Source of the DNA: Kiritimatiellia bacterium
GTDB taxonomy: Bacteria > Verrucomicrobiota > Kiritimatiellia > UBA8416 > JABMPJ01
DNA: 64,000 nt
Assembly: GCA_030745755.1 (NCBI GenBank)
Contig: JASLOA010000041.1
Coordinates: forward strand, 6,515 to 70,514
Direction of reading: 5' to 3'
Below, piece after piece: positions 22,267 to 31,294 of the stretch. The number at the start of each line of letters is the position of its first letter. The stretch's first letter is position 1. Under the pieces are notes generated by a model that worked only from the letters and a program-made list of their open reading frames with translations, ran no database searches and had not been told where the DNA came from. The translations under genes were made by a program, and so were the position numbers.

Positions 22267-23565
22267 TTAAAGAAATTCGCGGGGGTCGGCAATGTGCCCG
22301 GCCACGGCCGATGCGGCTGCGGTGTAGGGCGAAGCCAGGTAGATCTGGGCCTGCTTCGACCCCATCCGTCCGATAAAGTTGCGGTTGGTTGTGCTGATGA
22401 CGACTTCGTCCGTGTTGGCGCGACCGAACGTGTCGAGCGGTCCACCCAGGCAGGCCGCACAGGAAGGCGGGGCGATGTCCAGGCATCCGGCCTCGGCGAA
22501 GATCTCGACCAGCGATTGACCATCAATCTGCTCACTCATCAGCCCCTCAGCCACCTCCTGGGTCGCCGGGACCAGGAACGTGTCGATGCTGACCTTCTTG
22601 CCCTTCATAACCTGGGCGGCCATCACGAAGTCGGAGATCTTGCCGCCGGTACAGGAGCCGATGTAGGCACGCGTCAGCTTGACGTCGGTCCGGTCGGTCA
22701 CCGCGGCATACTTGTCCGGCAGGTTGGGCTCCGCCACACAGGGCACGAGCTCGGACAAATCGTAGGTGCGATGCTCCTTTACGGGGGAGTCCGGGTCGCT
22801 GGTGACCGGTGTAAAGGGCTTGTCTGTCCGGGCGCGTACGTATGCCTCTGTCTTGCTGTCAGACGCGATGATGCCGTTCTTTCCGCCGGCCTCAATGGCC
22901 ATATTGCAGATGGTCATGCGGTCCTCAATGGTCAGGTCCGCAATGCCGTCGCCATCAAATTCCATGGCACAGTAGGTCGCACCGTCCACGCCGACGTCGC
23001 CGATCGCGCGCAGGATAATATCCTTGGCCGTAACGCCCTTCTGCAGCTTCCCGTTCAGCGTGAAGCGCAGGGTCTCGGGTACTTTGATCAGCAGCTTGCC
23101 GGTGCCCATCACAAACCCCGCATCTGTATTGCCGATACCGGTGGCAAAGGCACCCAGCGCGCCGTGCGTGCAGGTGTGTGAGTCAGTGCCGAAGATCACT
23201 TCGCCGGGGCGGACATGTCCCTCCTGCGGCATGGCCACGTGGCAGACGCCCTTGTAGTTGGATGTGCCGGGATCATAGTAGTAGGGCAGGTCCTGCTCCT
23301 TTACGAACTCGCGCAGGATGTCGATATTGCGGTGCGCCTTGACGTCCTTGGTGAAGATGTAGTGGTCGGGGATAATAACCACACCTTCGCGCGACCAGAC
23401 TTTGGCGTCCTGACCGAACTCACGCTTGAACACGCCGATGGTTCCCGGTCCGCACACGTCGTGCGTCAGCAGGATATCCGCGTTCACCCAGATGTTATCG
23501 CCGGGTTTCACCTCGTCGCGCCCCGCGGCACGAGCGAGGATCTTCTCTGTAATGGTCATGCTCAT
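22267..23565 (-). CDS. leuC: 3-isopropylmalate dehydratase large subunit (LeuC/DmdA/HacA type)
   Basis: GVCH, GTDSHTCTHGA, IGSCTGG, CAACLG and STTNRNFIGRMG motifs. Confidence 0.9.
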   Translation of the reverse strand: MSMTITEKILARAAGRDEVKPGDNIWVNADILLTHDVCGPGTIGVFKREFGQDAKVWSREGVVIIPDHYIFTKDVKAHRNIDILREFVKEQDLPYYYDPGTSNYKGVCHVAMPQEGHVRPGEVIFGTDSHTCTHGALGAFATGIGNTDAGFVMGTGKLLIKVPETLRFTLNGKLQKGVTAKDIILRAIGDVGVDGATYCAMEFDGDGIADLTIEDRMTICNMAIEAGGKNGIIASDSKTEAYVRARTDKPFTPVTSDPDSPVKEHRTYDLSELVPCVAEPNLPDKYAAVTDRTDVKLTRAYIGSCTGGKISDFVMAAQVMKGKKVSIDTFLVPATQEVAEGLMSEQIDGQSLVEIFAEAGCLDIAPPSCAACLGGPLDTFGRANTDEVVISTTNRNFIGRMGSKQAQIYLASPYTAAASAVAGHIADPREFL

Positions 23566-23619
23566 CGTAACGGCTCCCTAGCGTCCTGATCTACAAATGA
23601 GGTCGCGTATGTCATGCTG

Positions 23620-23706
23620 TGTCATCCCGAGCTTGCCGAGGGATCTCCACGGTGCTCGATTGGGCTGAGATTCCTCGACTCCGCTTCGCTCCGCTCGGAA
23701 TGACAG
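23620..23706. repeat. GTC-tagged REP doublet
   Basis: TGTCATCCCGAGCTTGCCGAGGGATCTC-N19-GAGATTCCTCGACTCCGCTTCGCTCCGCTCGGAATGACAG. Confidence 0.9.
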
Positions 23707-23738
23707 CTTGCTGTTTGGCGTATCTCCCAATTGCACTT

Positions 23739-24437
23739 CTATTTCCTTCCCCGTACCAGGGAGAAAAAGCGGTCTTCGTAGTCTTCGAAAAGATTATAAC
23801 GCTGCAGGGTGTGCGCCAGTGCCTCGATCAGAGAGGGGTCTCTTGCCGCGGTGGAAAACGCAGCCTCGATCTCATTGCGCACCCCGCGCGGAACGCCGCG
23901 ATCATCTTCAAACATCCGGCGCTTCTGCAGCTCCCGGATATTGGGTGCCGCAGACTGGCGGATCACTTCCCAGAACAGCTTCACCAGGCAGACATCCCAC
24001 GGATCGTCAACGCCCTGTACAACGGCCGTGTGGGTGTGGTCACCCGCTTCCACCTCGCCCTTGATTCGCTCCACGACATTCTTGATGTTGTCTGTGATGA
24101 TGTGCTCGCTGAACGCTTCCTGCTTGAGCGTGTAGCCGTACTGCAGGATGCGGATATCCTGTTCGTGCTGCTTGAGCCAGTTGACATAGTTCTCGGCCTG
24201 CTCGCCGAAGCCCTCCAGAATCGTCTCCGAATAGGCCTCGGGCGTGATGATGTGCGGCTGGTGCGCCTGGATCCGTCCCTCGCGCACGCGGATCTGGTTG
24301 ACCGAGTCCATCATCTCGCTGATGAGGCGGTAATTCAATACGGTCGCCCCGAACGTCTCGAGGTGCCGGCCCGGCATCAGGATAATCTCGGTATTGTTTA
24401 CCGCGTACCAGAAATCAAATGATGTGTTCTCGTTCAC
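23739..24437 (-). CDS. Hypothetical protein
   Basis: 232-aa ORF with native codon usage; no motif recognised. Confidence 0.75.
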   Translation of the reverse strand: MNENTSFDFWYAVNNTEIILMPGRHLETFGATVLNYRLISEMMDSVNQIRVREGRIQAHQPHIITPEAYSETILEGFGEQAENYVNWLKQHEQDIRILQYGYTLKQEAFSEHIITDNIKNVVERIKGEVEAGDHTHTAVVQGVDDPWDVCLVKLFWEVIRQSAAPNIRELQKRRMFEDDRGVPRGVRNEIEAAFSTAARDPSLIEALAHTLQRYNLFEDYEDRFFSLVRGRK

Positions 24438-24505
24438 AGAATCGTTCCCTGCTGCTAAAACCCTAAGTTTATCACGAGGCCTACAGGAATCTACAGCGCA
24501 AAAAG

Positions 24506-24952
24506 CTAGTCGGTACTCAATTCAATGGTCACAGGCCCGTCATTGACGATTTTCACCTGCATCATGGCGCCAAAGCGACCCGTCTGAACACGGTCGGCAC
24601 CCAACTCGGCACGCAGGCTCTCGGTATAGAGCTCGTAGTGCTGTTCGGCCAGCTCCGGCGCCGCCGCGCGGATGAAGCTCGGGCGATTGCCTTTGCGCGT
24701 GTCGGCGTAGAGCGTGAACTGTGATATGACCAGGATGGAGCCCCCGATATCCTGGATAGAGCGGTTCATCTTGCCCGCATCGTCGGCAAAGATGCGCAGG
24801 TTGACCGTCTTGCAGGCCAGGGCGCGGGCCCCTTCCTCCGTGTCGCCTTCACGCACGCCCAGCAAGATGACATAGCCCGGCCCAATGGACCCGATGGTCT
24901 CGCCTTCAACGGTTACACTGCCGCGTGCGGCTCTCTGAATGATTGCTTTCAT
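24506..24952 (-). CDS. dtd: D-aminoacyl-tRNA deacylase
   Basis: MKAIIQR, LRIF.D..GKMN, SQFTLY and FGAMMQV...NDGPVT motifs. Confidence 0.95.
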   Translation of the reverse strand: MKAIIQRAARGSVTVEGETIGSIGPGYVILLGVREGDTEEGARALACKTVNLRIFADDAGKMNRSIQDIGGSILVISQFTLYADTRKGNRPSFIRAAAPELAEQHYELYTESLRAELGADRVQTGRFGAMMQVKIVNDGPVTIELSTD

Positions 24953-24975
24953 AGTCGAAAATGGCATCATATGAG

Positions 24976-25164
24976 GCCCCCTGCCGGCTTGTCCGGCAGG
25001 AGCCTGAGCGTGATAGCCAAAGGAGAGTAAACGGAATCCAATGCGGCTGGCAAGGCGCGAGAGGGCGTCCTCCGGTCGCTGCTCGCGCGAGCCAGCCGCG
25101 GGAAGCGGATCTCTGTTCATTGGCTATTAAGCTGGTGCTCCTGCCGGGCGAGTCGGCAGGGGGC
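24976..25164 (+). ncRNA. 189-nt rod-like hairpin with central bubble (6S RNA candidate or palindromic element)
   Basis: 28-bp closing stem whose 3 mismatches are all G-U on the + strand, then TGATAGCCAA/TTGGCTATTA, a bubble, GCGGCTGGC/GCCAGCCGC and GCGCGAG/CTCGCGC. Confidence 0.45.
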
Positions 25165-25195
25165 AAGACCGTCAGTCGCCAATGGGAGTGAAAGC

Positions 25196-25810
25196 ATGAA
25201 AAAGAGTGACGCCATATTGCTGCTTGGACCCACCGGGGCGGGCAAGACACCGCTCGGCGAGCGGCTGGCTGAACGCGGGCTCAACGGCCGGCGCTGTGTG
25301 CATTTTGACTTTGGGGCGCAGCTGCGCCAGGTGGTCATACAGGGGTGCCGCGAGCTGTCGGATGACGATGTTGCGCACGTACAGAAAGTTCTGACGCACG
25401 GAGCTCTGCTCGAAGATGATACCTTCTATATCGCCCGAGCGATCCTCGAAGCCTTCATCGCTGAGCATGGGGTGGGGGAGCGGGACCTCGTGGTCCTCAA
25501 CGGTCTTCCCCGTCACGTCGGGCAGGCGCGCGATGTGGCCGAAGTTCTTGACGTGACCATGGTGGTTGCACTGGAGTGCAGCGCCGAGGTCGTCTGCGAG
25601 CGCATTGCCTTGAATAGCGGCGGCGATCGCGCGGAGCGAACGGATGATTCGCTCGAGTACATTGCGCGTAAACTGGAAATCTATGCGGCGCGGACGCATC
25701 CGCTGCTTGACCACTATCGCGTGGAAGGAGTACAACTCCGCCTCGTTCCAGTGGGCGTGACGACAACCCCGGTGGACATTGTGACAATGCTGAGTGAGAT
25801 AAAGGACTAG
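25196..25810 (+). CDS. Adenylate kinase-like nucleoside monophosphate kinase
   Basis: LLGPTGAGKT P-loop, LNGLPR and R.DDS motifs; short LID region. Confidence 0.8.
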   Translation: MKKSDAILLLGPTGAGKTPLGERLAERGLNGRRCVHFDFGAQLRQVVIQGCRELSDDDVAHVQKVLTHGALLEDDTFYIARAILEAFIAEHGVGERDLVVLNGLPRHVGQARDVAEVLDVTMVVALECSAEVVCERIALNSGGDRAERTDDSLEYIARKLEIYAARTHPLLDHYRVEGVQLRLVPVGVTTTPVDIVTMLSEIKD

Positions 25811-25825
25811 TCAGCTGCGCTGAAA

Positions 25826-25910
25826 GGGTTCAGGGTTCAGAAGTTCAAGGTTACCGGGCAACACCTGCTCGCCACCGTTCCCAACCTCTGAACCTTGAAC
25901 CTTGAACCCC
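25826..25910. repeat. Inverted pair of heptamer tandem arrays
   Basis: gggttca-gggttca-gaagttca-aggtt ... aacctctg-aaccttg-aaccttg-aacccc. Confidence 0.7.
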
Positions 25911-25988
25911 AACCATGGCTATCACACAATATCCAAGCGAGATTGTTCGACTCATTTACTCAAAGAACTCACGATTAAGGGGCTAGAT

Positions 25989-26870
25989 ATGCCGATCACG
26001 GTTAATGGTGAAGCGATTCCCGAGCAGGCGGTGCAGTACGAGCTGGATCGACTGGTGCGGTTCTACTCTGAACACATGTCGCCCGATAAGGTTCGCGAGC
26101 AATTCGATGCGTTAAAGGCGCGGGCGAGAGACCAGGCCATCGGCGCCAAGCTGCTGATGAGCGAGGCCGAACGGTTGGACATACGCGTCTCGAAGACGGA
26201 CGTCCAGGAGCGTATCGACGAGATGAAGGAGAACTGCGGTGGTGAAGAGGGATTTACCAAGCAGCTGGTGGACCAGGGCCTCACCGAAGAGATGGTGCGC
26301 GAAGGTGTCACGCGGGGTCGCAAGATGGACCTCCTGGTCGAGAAGATCACCGCAGGTACTCCGGAGCCGACCGATGGAGATATCGAGACTCATTTCGAAG
26401 CGCACAAGGACGAATACACTCGCGCCGACCGCGCGCAAGCGCAGCACATTCTGATTACGGCCGCCTCCGATTCCGATGCGGACAAAGCCACGGCGCGCTC
26501 ACGCATCGACGATCTGCGTTCGCAGGTCGAGGGTGGGACGGATTTCTCTGAACTGGCCGCCGCCCACTCCGATTGCCCGAGCGGTCAGCGCGCCGGCGGC
26601 AGCCTGGGATGGTTCAGTCGCGGCATGATGGTGCCGGAGTTCGACGAGGCCGTGTTCGATATGGAGATCGGCGCGCTCAGCGATGTGATCGAGAGCTCGT
26701 TTGGCTACCACATCATCAGAAAGCTCGGCCAGGAGGAAGGCGGCCCGGCGTCACTGGATGACGCACACGACCAGGTGCGCGACTTCCTGCGCCACGTCAG
26801 CCGCGGCGAAGTAATCTCAGCCTACGTGAATGATCTGAAAGAGAAGGCCACGATCGAGATTACGGATTAG
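25989..26870 (+). CDS. Parvulin-type peptidyl-prolyl isomerase with SurA/NifM-like N-domain
   Basis: AQHILI, FSELAAAHSDCPSG..GGSLG.F.RGMMVPEF and SSFGYHII motifs; no signal peptide. Confidence 0.9.
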   Translation: MPITVNGEAIPEQAVQYELDRLVRFYSEHMSPDKVREQFDALKARARDQAIGAKLLMSEAERLDIRVSKTDVQERIDEMKENCGGEEGFTKQLVDQGLTEEMVREGVTRGRKMDLLVEKITAGTPEPTDGDIETHFEAHKDEYTRADRAQAQHILITAASDSDADKATARSRIDDLRSQVEGGTDFSELAAAHSDCPSGQRAGGSLGWFSRGMMVPEFDEAVFDMEIGALSDVIESSFGYHIIRKLGQEEGGPASLDDAHDQVRDFLRHVSRGEVISAYVNDLKEKATIEITD

Positions 26871-26881
26871 CCGTGCTTTAT

Positions 26882-26967
26882 GCGGCTCGCTGGGCAGCTC
26901 GCCCCACCTCGCCGCCTGCAGAGATACGTCGATGATAAGGTAGGGCGAGCTGTCCCCAGCGAGCCGG
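26882..26967. repeat. GTAG-family REP doublet
   Basis: GCGGCTCGCTGGGCAGCTCGCCCCACC ... GGTAGGGCGAGCTGTCCCCAGCGAGCCG. Confidence 0.8.
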
Positions 26968-27039
26968 GCATCGTGAATATGCTACGCCTTCAAAAAGGCC
27001 TTTGAAAAGAAGATCAAACCGCTTGATACTGCCGCATCG

Positions 27040-29214
27040 ATGAGAGAGGCGCGTATTACGAATCCGATTCAAGATCCGGCTGTCCACATTGTAGAAGGGC
27101 GACGTATTGTGCTCGCGCCGGGTGTGGAGCGCGATACATGGCTGGATCGCCTGGCGCGCTTGGATGAGAGTCTTGCCGGGGCCAAGCGTGTTCATGCCTC
27201 CCACAGCGCGCTGGTTGATGTCGTTGAATGGGACGGTGTCGCCACGGCGATCAAGCGCGTGCCCTCCCGCACAGCCCTCCAGCACATGGGCGATCGCTAC
27301 CGCGGCAGTCCGGCGCGTCGGGCTCTGGAGTGCGGCATCTACCTGCAACAGCATGGCATTGGCACCCCGCGACCGATCGCGGCCGTGGAGGGTGGTGACG
27401 ATGGTGCTGCGGCGGGCGGACTGCTGGTGACGGAGTGGCTGGGAACGCACGTCTCGTTCAAGGATTGCCTCGTGGCGCTGCTCTCGGAAGGCGGTGAAGC
27501 CCCGGAGATTGTTGCCCTGCTCCGCGTGGTGGCGGAGAGCATCAGAGCTATGCATGAGGCCGGATTCGTCCATCGGGACCTGGGCAACCAGAACATCCTC
27601 GTGTGCCGGGAGGAGGGGCGGTTCCATTCTGTGGCCCTGATCGATCTGAATCGCGGACGGATCCGCCGGAGCGTGTCGCTGCAAGAGCGGGCCTTGGATC
27701 TCTCGCGCATCTATCTGCCGTCTGATCTGCGCCGTATCTTTCAGGAAATCTATTTCGATGCGCCCCCACCCGCTGCGTTCCGGCGCGCCGAGGCCGCTCG
27801 CCGTTTGCGCTTTGCTGTGCACACGGGAACACGCAAATTCCGGCACCCGCTGCGCACATGGCGCAACCGCAACAAGCAGCAGGATGATTACCCGCCACCG
27901 CGTGACCTTTGGATATGGGATCCCCGTTCGGTCCAGGCGGTAGCCGCCCTGCGTGGCAAAGATCGGCGGCGGCTGATGAGCAAGCGTGACTGGCTGGATA
28001 TTCTTCTGGCCTCAGCACGCAGTGCTCTGCCGGTTCAACGTGAGGCAAAGCAACTCTTGGACAACGCATTCCAGGCACCGGTTGAGATGGCCGGGCGGAT
28101 CGGGATCGCGATCAGCGACACCCCCGCGACGGCAACCTTTGAGGATGGCTGCCTCGTGGAGCTGGGCCCGCTTCATGTTCTGGCGCGGTTCTACGCGCAC
28201 CAGTCTGAAGTGGAGTGGAAGGCTACGGCCCGCCGACTGACCCATCTGCATTCGACCGGTCACTCGATCTCACTCGTGCTTGTGCAGAATCGCCGCGCTG
28301 TGAAGGACCTTTCGCGCTGGCGCGCGTTCGTCGCGTTCGTTTTGGAACGGGTGGGCGGCATCGCGACGGACATCCAGGTGGGACAGGCGGTCAATCGCAC
28401 AAAATGGGGCGTCTGGAGTTCGCGTGACTATGCCGGCCTGGTCAGGACTGCGGCCGAAGTCGCGCGCGCCTATCCGGATGTTAAGCTGCTCGGACCCGCC
28501 GTGATTGACTTTGAGCCGCATTACCTGGCGGGCATGCTGGCTGCTCTGCCCGACGGTCTAACCTTGAATGGGGTGGGGCACCTGCTCTACGTGGATCGCC
28601 GCGGCGCGCCGGAGAATCGGCAGGGGCGATACGACACGCTGGGCAAGCTGGCCATCCTGCGCGCCATAGCGCGGCTCGCGCCGCAGACAGACGACCGGTT
28701 GGTGATTACGGAGACCAATTGGCCATTGGCCGATACCGGGATCTGGTCACCCATCTGCTCGCCCTACCTCTATAAGGGGCAGGCGGTTGCCGGCGGAGTC
28801 GATGAGCTGACCTATGGCACCTACATGATTCGTTACCTGCTGATCGCGCTCTGTTCAGGTCTGGCCGAGCGGGTCTGCTGGTGGCGACTCTGTGCGCACG
28901 GGTTTGGGCTGGTTGACGACAAGGACCCCGAACACCCCCGCAAACGTCCGGCCTACGAGATGTTGCTGCACTTCGTCCGTCAGGTCGGCCAGGCCACCTT
29001 CACCCATCGTCCGGATACACCGTCCGGCGTGCATGCCTACAGCTTCAGCGGGGGACCCTCAGGATCGTTCACGATCGCCTATGTCGAAAAGAACGCGGGA
29101 AGCAGGCGGTTGGAGCTGCCGTTCAGGCAGGCGTTGGATGCATGCGGGCGGACGATCGAGTCCTTCGGCGGAGAACTCCCCGCTGACGGCGGGCCGATCT
29201 ACCTCATGGGCTAG
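27040..29214 (+). CDS. Kdo/WaaP-family lipopolysaccharide kinase fused to a GH-A-like TIM barrel
   Basis: N-terminal TPRPIA, HRDLGNQNIL and LIDLNR; C-terminal GQAVNRTKWG, GPAVIDFE, HLLYVDRRGAPEN and ITETNWPL. Confidence 0.75.
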   Translation: MREARITNPIQDPAVHIVEGRRIVLAPGVERDTWLDRLARLDESLAGAKRVHASHSALVDVVEWDGVATAIKRVPSRTALQHMGDRYRGSPARRALECGIYLQQHGIGTPRPIAAVEGGDDGAAAGGLLVTEWLGTHVSFKDCLVALLSEGGEAPEIVALLRVVAESIRAMHEAGFVHRDLGNQNILVCREEGRFHSVALIDLNRGRIRRSVSLQERALDLSRIYLPSDLRRIFQEIYFDAPPPAAFRRAEAARRLRFAVHTGTRKFRHPLRTWRNRNKQQDDYPPPRDLWIWDPRSVQAVAALRGKDRRRLMSKRDWLDILLASARSALPVQREAKQLLDNAFQAPVEMAGRIGIAISDTPATATFEDGCLVELGPLHVLARFYAHQSEVEWKATARRLTHLHSTGHSISLVLVQNRRAVKDLSRWRAFVAFVLERVGGIATDIQVGQAVNRTKWGVWSSRDYAGLVRTAAEVARAYPDVKLLGPAVIDFEPHYLAGMLAALPDGLTLNGVGHLLYVDRRGAPENRQGRYDTLGKLAILRAIARLAPQTDDRLVITETNWPLADTGIWSPICSPYLYKGQAVAGGVDELTYGTYMIRYLLIALCSGLAERVCWWRLCAHGFGLVDDKDPEHPRKRPAYEMLLHFVRQVGQATFTHRPDTPSGVHAYSFSGGPSGSFTIAYVEKNAGSRRLELPFRQALDACGRTIESFGGELPADGGPIYLMG

Positions 29215-29374
29215 TGTTGTGCTTCAGAAATCCGCGAAGCAGTTGTCTTCACTATGTCATCCCGAGCGAAGTCGAGGGATCTCCTACTTGTCGAGCAGCA
29301 CGGAGATCCCTCGGCAAGCTCGGGATGACATAATGAAGGTTCTTCATTTGCGAATTTGTCGATCAGTACACTAG
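29211..29374. repeat. 164-bp CTAG-bounded composite palindrome containing a REP doublet
   Basis: CTAGTGT...ACACTAG ends, arms of equal length; inner doublet 29255-29330 with 19-nt spacer. Confidence 0.9.
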
Positions 29375-29440
29375 TACATCGTTTCGTAGATATCTTTACT
29401 CTGGACGAGGGTATTCTGGATGCACGGGGGCCGCACTCGT

Positions 29441-31177
29441 CTAAGAGACCCCAAACTGCAGATCATGCAGGCGCTTGTAGGTCTGGCTGTTGGCGATCAG
29501 CTCGTCGTGCGTGCCAGTTTCCACGATGTGCCCATCGTCCATCACGAGGATACGGTCGCAGTGCTTGATGGTCGACAGGCGATGCGCAATCGCGAAGACG
29601 GTGCGGCCGGATGTCGCTTCATCCAGGGCCATCTGCACCTGGCGTTCCGACTCCGTATCAAGCGCGCTGGTGGCCTCGTCGAGGACGAGGATCTTCGGGT
29701 TGGTGAGAATCGCCCGCGCGATGGCGATGCGCTGCTTCTGCCCGCCGGAGAGACGTACGCCGTGTTCGCCAATGACCGTCTCGTAGCCTTCCTCCATCAC
29801 GCTGACGAAGTCATGGGCATGGGCGAGGCGGGCAGCGGCCTCCACCTCCCCCATCGAGGCCTCAGCGTTTCCGTAGCGAATGTTGTTGGCGACGGTGTTG
29901 TTGAAGAGGAAGGTGTCCTGTGTGACGAGGCCGATGTGGCCGCGGATCGACGCCATGGTGTAATCACGTACATCTTGCCCGTCCATCAGCAACCGGCCTT
30001 CGCTGACGTCGAAGAATCGCAGCAAGAGACTCACGAGTGTGGTCTTTCCCGATCCCGACGCGCCGACCAGGGCGATCTTCTCGCCCGCCTTCACGTGCAG
30101 ATCGATGTTCCGCAGGACCGTGCTGTCGCCGTAGCGGAATGAGACGTCCTCAAAGACGATATCCTGCGGTGCAGCGGCCATCTCAATGGCTTCCGGGCTG
30201 TCCGTGACGTCGACCGGAGTATCGATCAGCTCGAAGATGCGCTCGGCGGATGCTTGGATGGGCTGCATGTTTACATGCACCTTGCCCAATCGCTTGATCG
30301 GATCGTACAGCAGCACCAGCGCCATGAGAAAGGCGGTGAACTCGTTCCAGGCCATGCCGGACCGGTTGGCGTAGATGAGTGCAAGAGAGATGCCAATCGC
30401 ACTGATGAAGATGATGGCAGGGGCGACGGACGCTTTCGCCGTGATGGCCTTCATGGCAAAACGGAAGTAGGACTGTGCACCCTTCTTGAACCGGGCGGCC
30501 TCGCGCTCCTCTCCGCAGAAGGCTTTGACCACGCGGATACCGTAGAGGGATTCCTGCAACATCACCACCAGGTCGGCCAGGCGCTCCTGGCGCGAACGGG
30601 CCGCACGGCGTGAGCGGCGCCCGAAGGAGAGGATGGGGACCAGGCAGAGCGGAAAGAGGATCACGCTGCACACGGCAAGGATCCAGTCCTCCCAGAAGAC
30701 GTACCCGAGCGTGAAGATCAGCACGAACGGCTGCTTCACCAGGTCACGCAACACGTTGGATGCGCCAAACTGCAGTTGCTCGCTGTCATTAAGCGTACGT
30801 GAGAGCGCTTCCCCCGTAAGGGCCTGACTGTAGTGGCCCACGGAGAGCTGCATAAGGTGATCGATCGCGCGCTTGCGGATGTCGAGCACGACGCGTCCGC
30901 CGACCCACTGAACAAGGTAGACGGCCAGGAATGCACCGATGCCGCGGGCCGCCGCCACGACCAGGAGCAGAACCACAACCACAACCATGGCTGCCGCTGA
31001 CGTCTGTCTCTCGACATCAAGGAAGCGCGGCATCACGTCGCGCACAAGGAAGAGCGCTCCCGCGCTTGACCCCGCGAACACTATGCCGCACAGAATGCCC
31101 GACGCGAGCCGTCCCCAGTAGGGCCGCGCGTACGCCAGGAGACGCCGGTAGACAGAAGATTGAGATGTGTCGGACAA
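29441..31177 (-). CDS. MsbA-like lipid/LPS ABC exporter (fused TMD-NBD)
   Basis: TMD plus GASGSGKT, LSGGQKQR, LDEATSALD and IAHRLST motifs; LPS-locus context. TTG start inferred. Confidence 0.85.
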   Translation of the reverse strand: MSDTSQSSVYRRLLAYARPYWGRLASGILCGIVFAGSSAGALFLVRDVMPRFLDVERQTSAAAMVVVVVLLLVVAAARGIGAFLAVYLVQWVGGRVVLDIRKRAIDHLMQLSVGHYSQALTGEALSRTLNDSEQLQFGASNVLRDLVKQPFVLIFTLGYVFWEDWILAVCSVILFPLCLVPILSFGRRSRRAARSRQERLADLVVMLQESLYGIRVVKAFCGEEREAARFKKGAQSYFRFAMKAITAKASVAPAIIFISAIGISLALIYANRSGMAWNEFTAFLMALVLLYDPIKRLGKVHVNMQPIQASAERIFELIDTPVDVTDSPEAIEMAAAPQDIVFEDVSFRYGDSTVLRNIDLHVKAGEKIALVGASGSGKTTLVSLLLRFFDVSEGRLLMDGQDVRDYTMASIRGHIGLVTQDTFLFNNTVANNIRYGNAEASMGEVEAAARLAHAHDFVSVMEEGYETVIGEHGVRLSGGQKQRIAIARAILTNPKILVLDEATSALDTESERQVQMALDEATSGRTVFAIAHRLSTIKHCDRILVMDDGHIVETGTHDELIANSQTYKRLHDLQFGVS

Positions 31178-31294
31178 GGTGTTCCTATCTGTAAGCGTGG
31201 ATAGTAGCCCCGGCCTGCGCTGGAAGCAAGACACGAGGGACGCTATCGAGAGGACCTAGAATCTGGTATCCGTTGCGCACGGAGTTGTGTTAGC

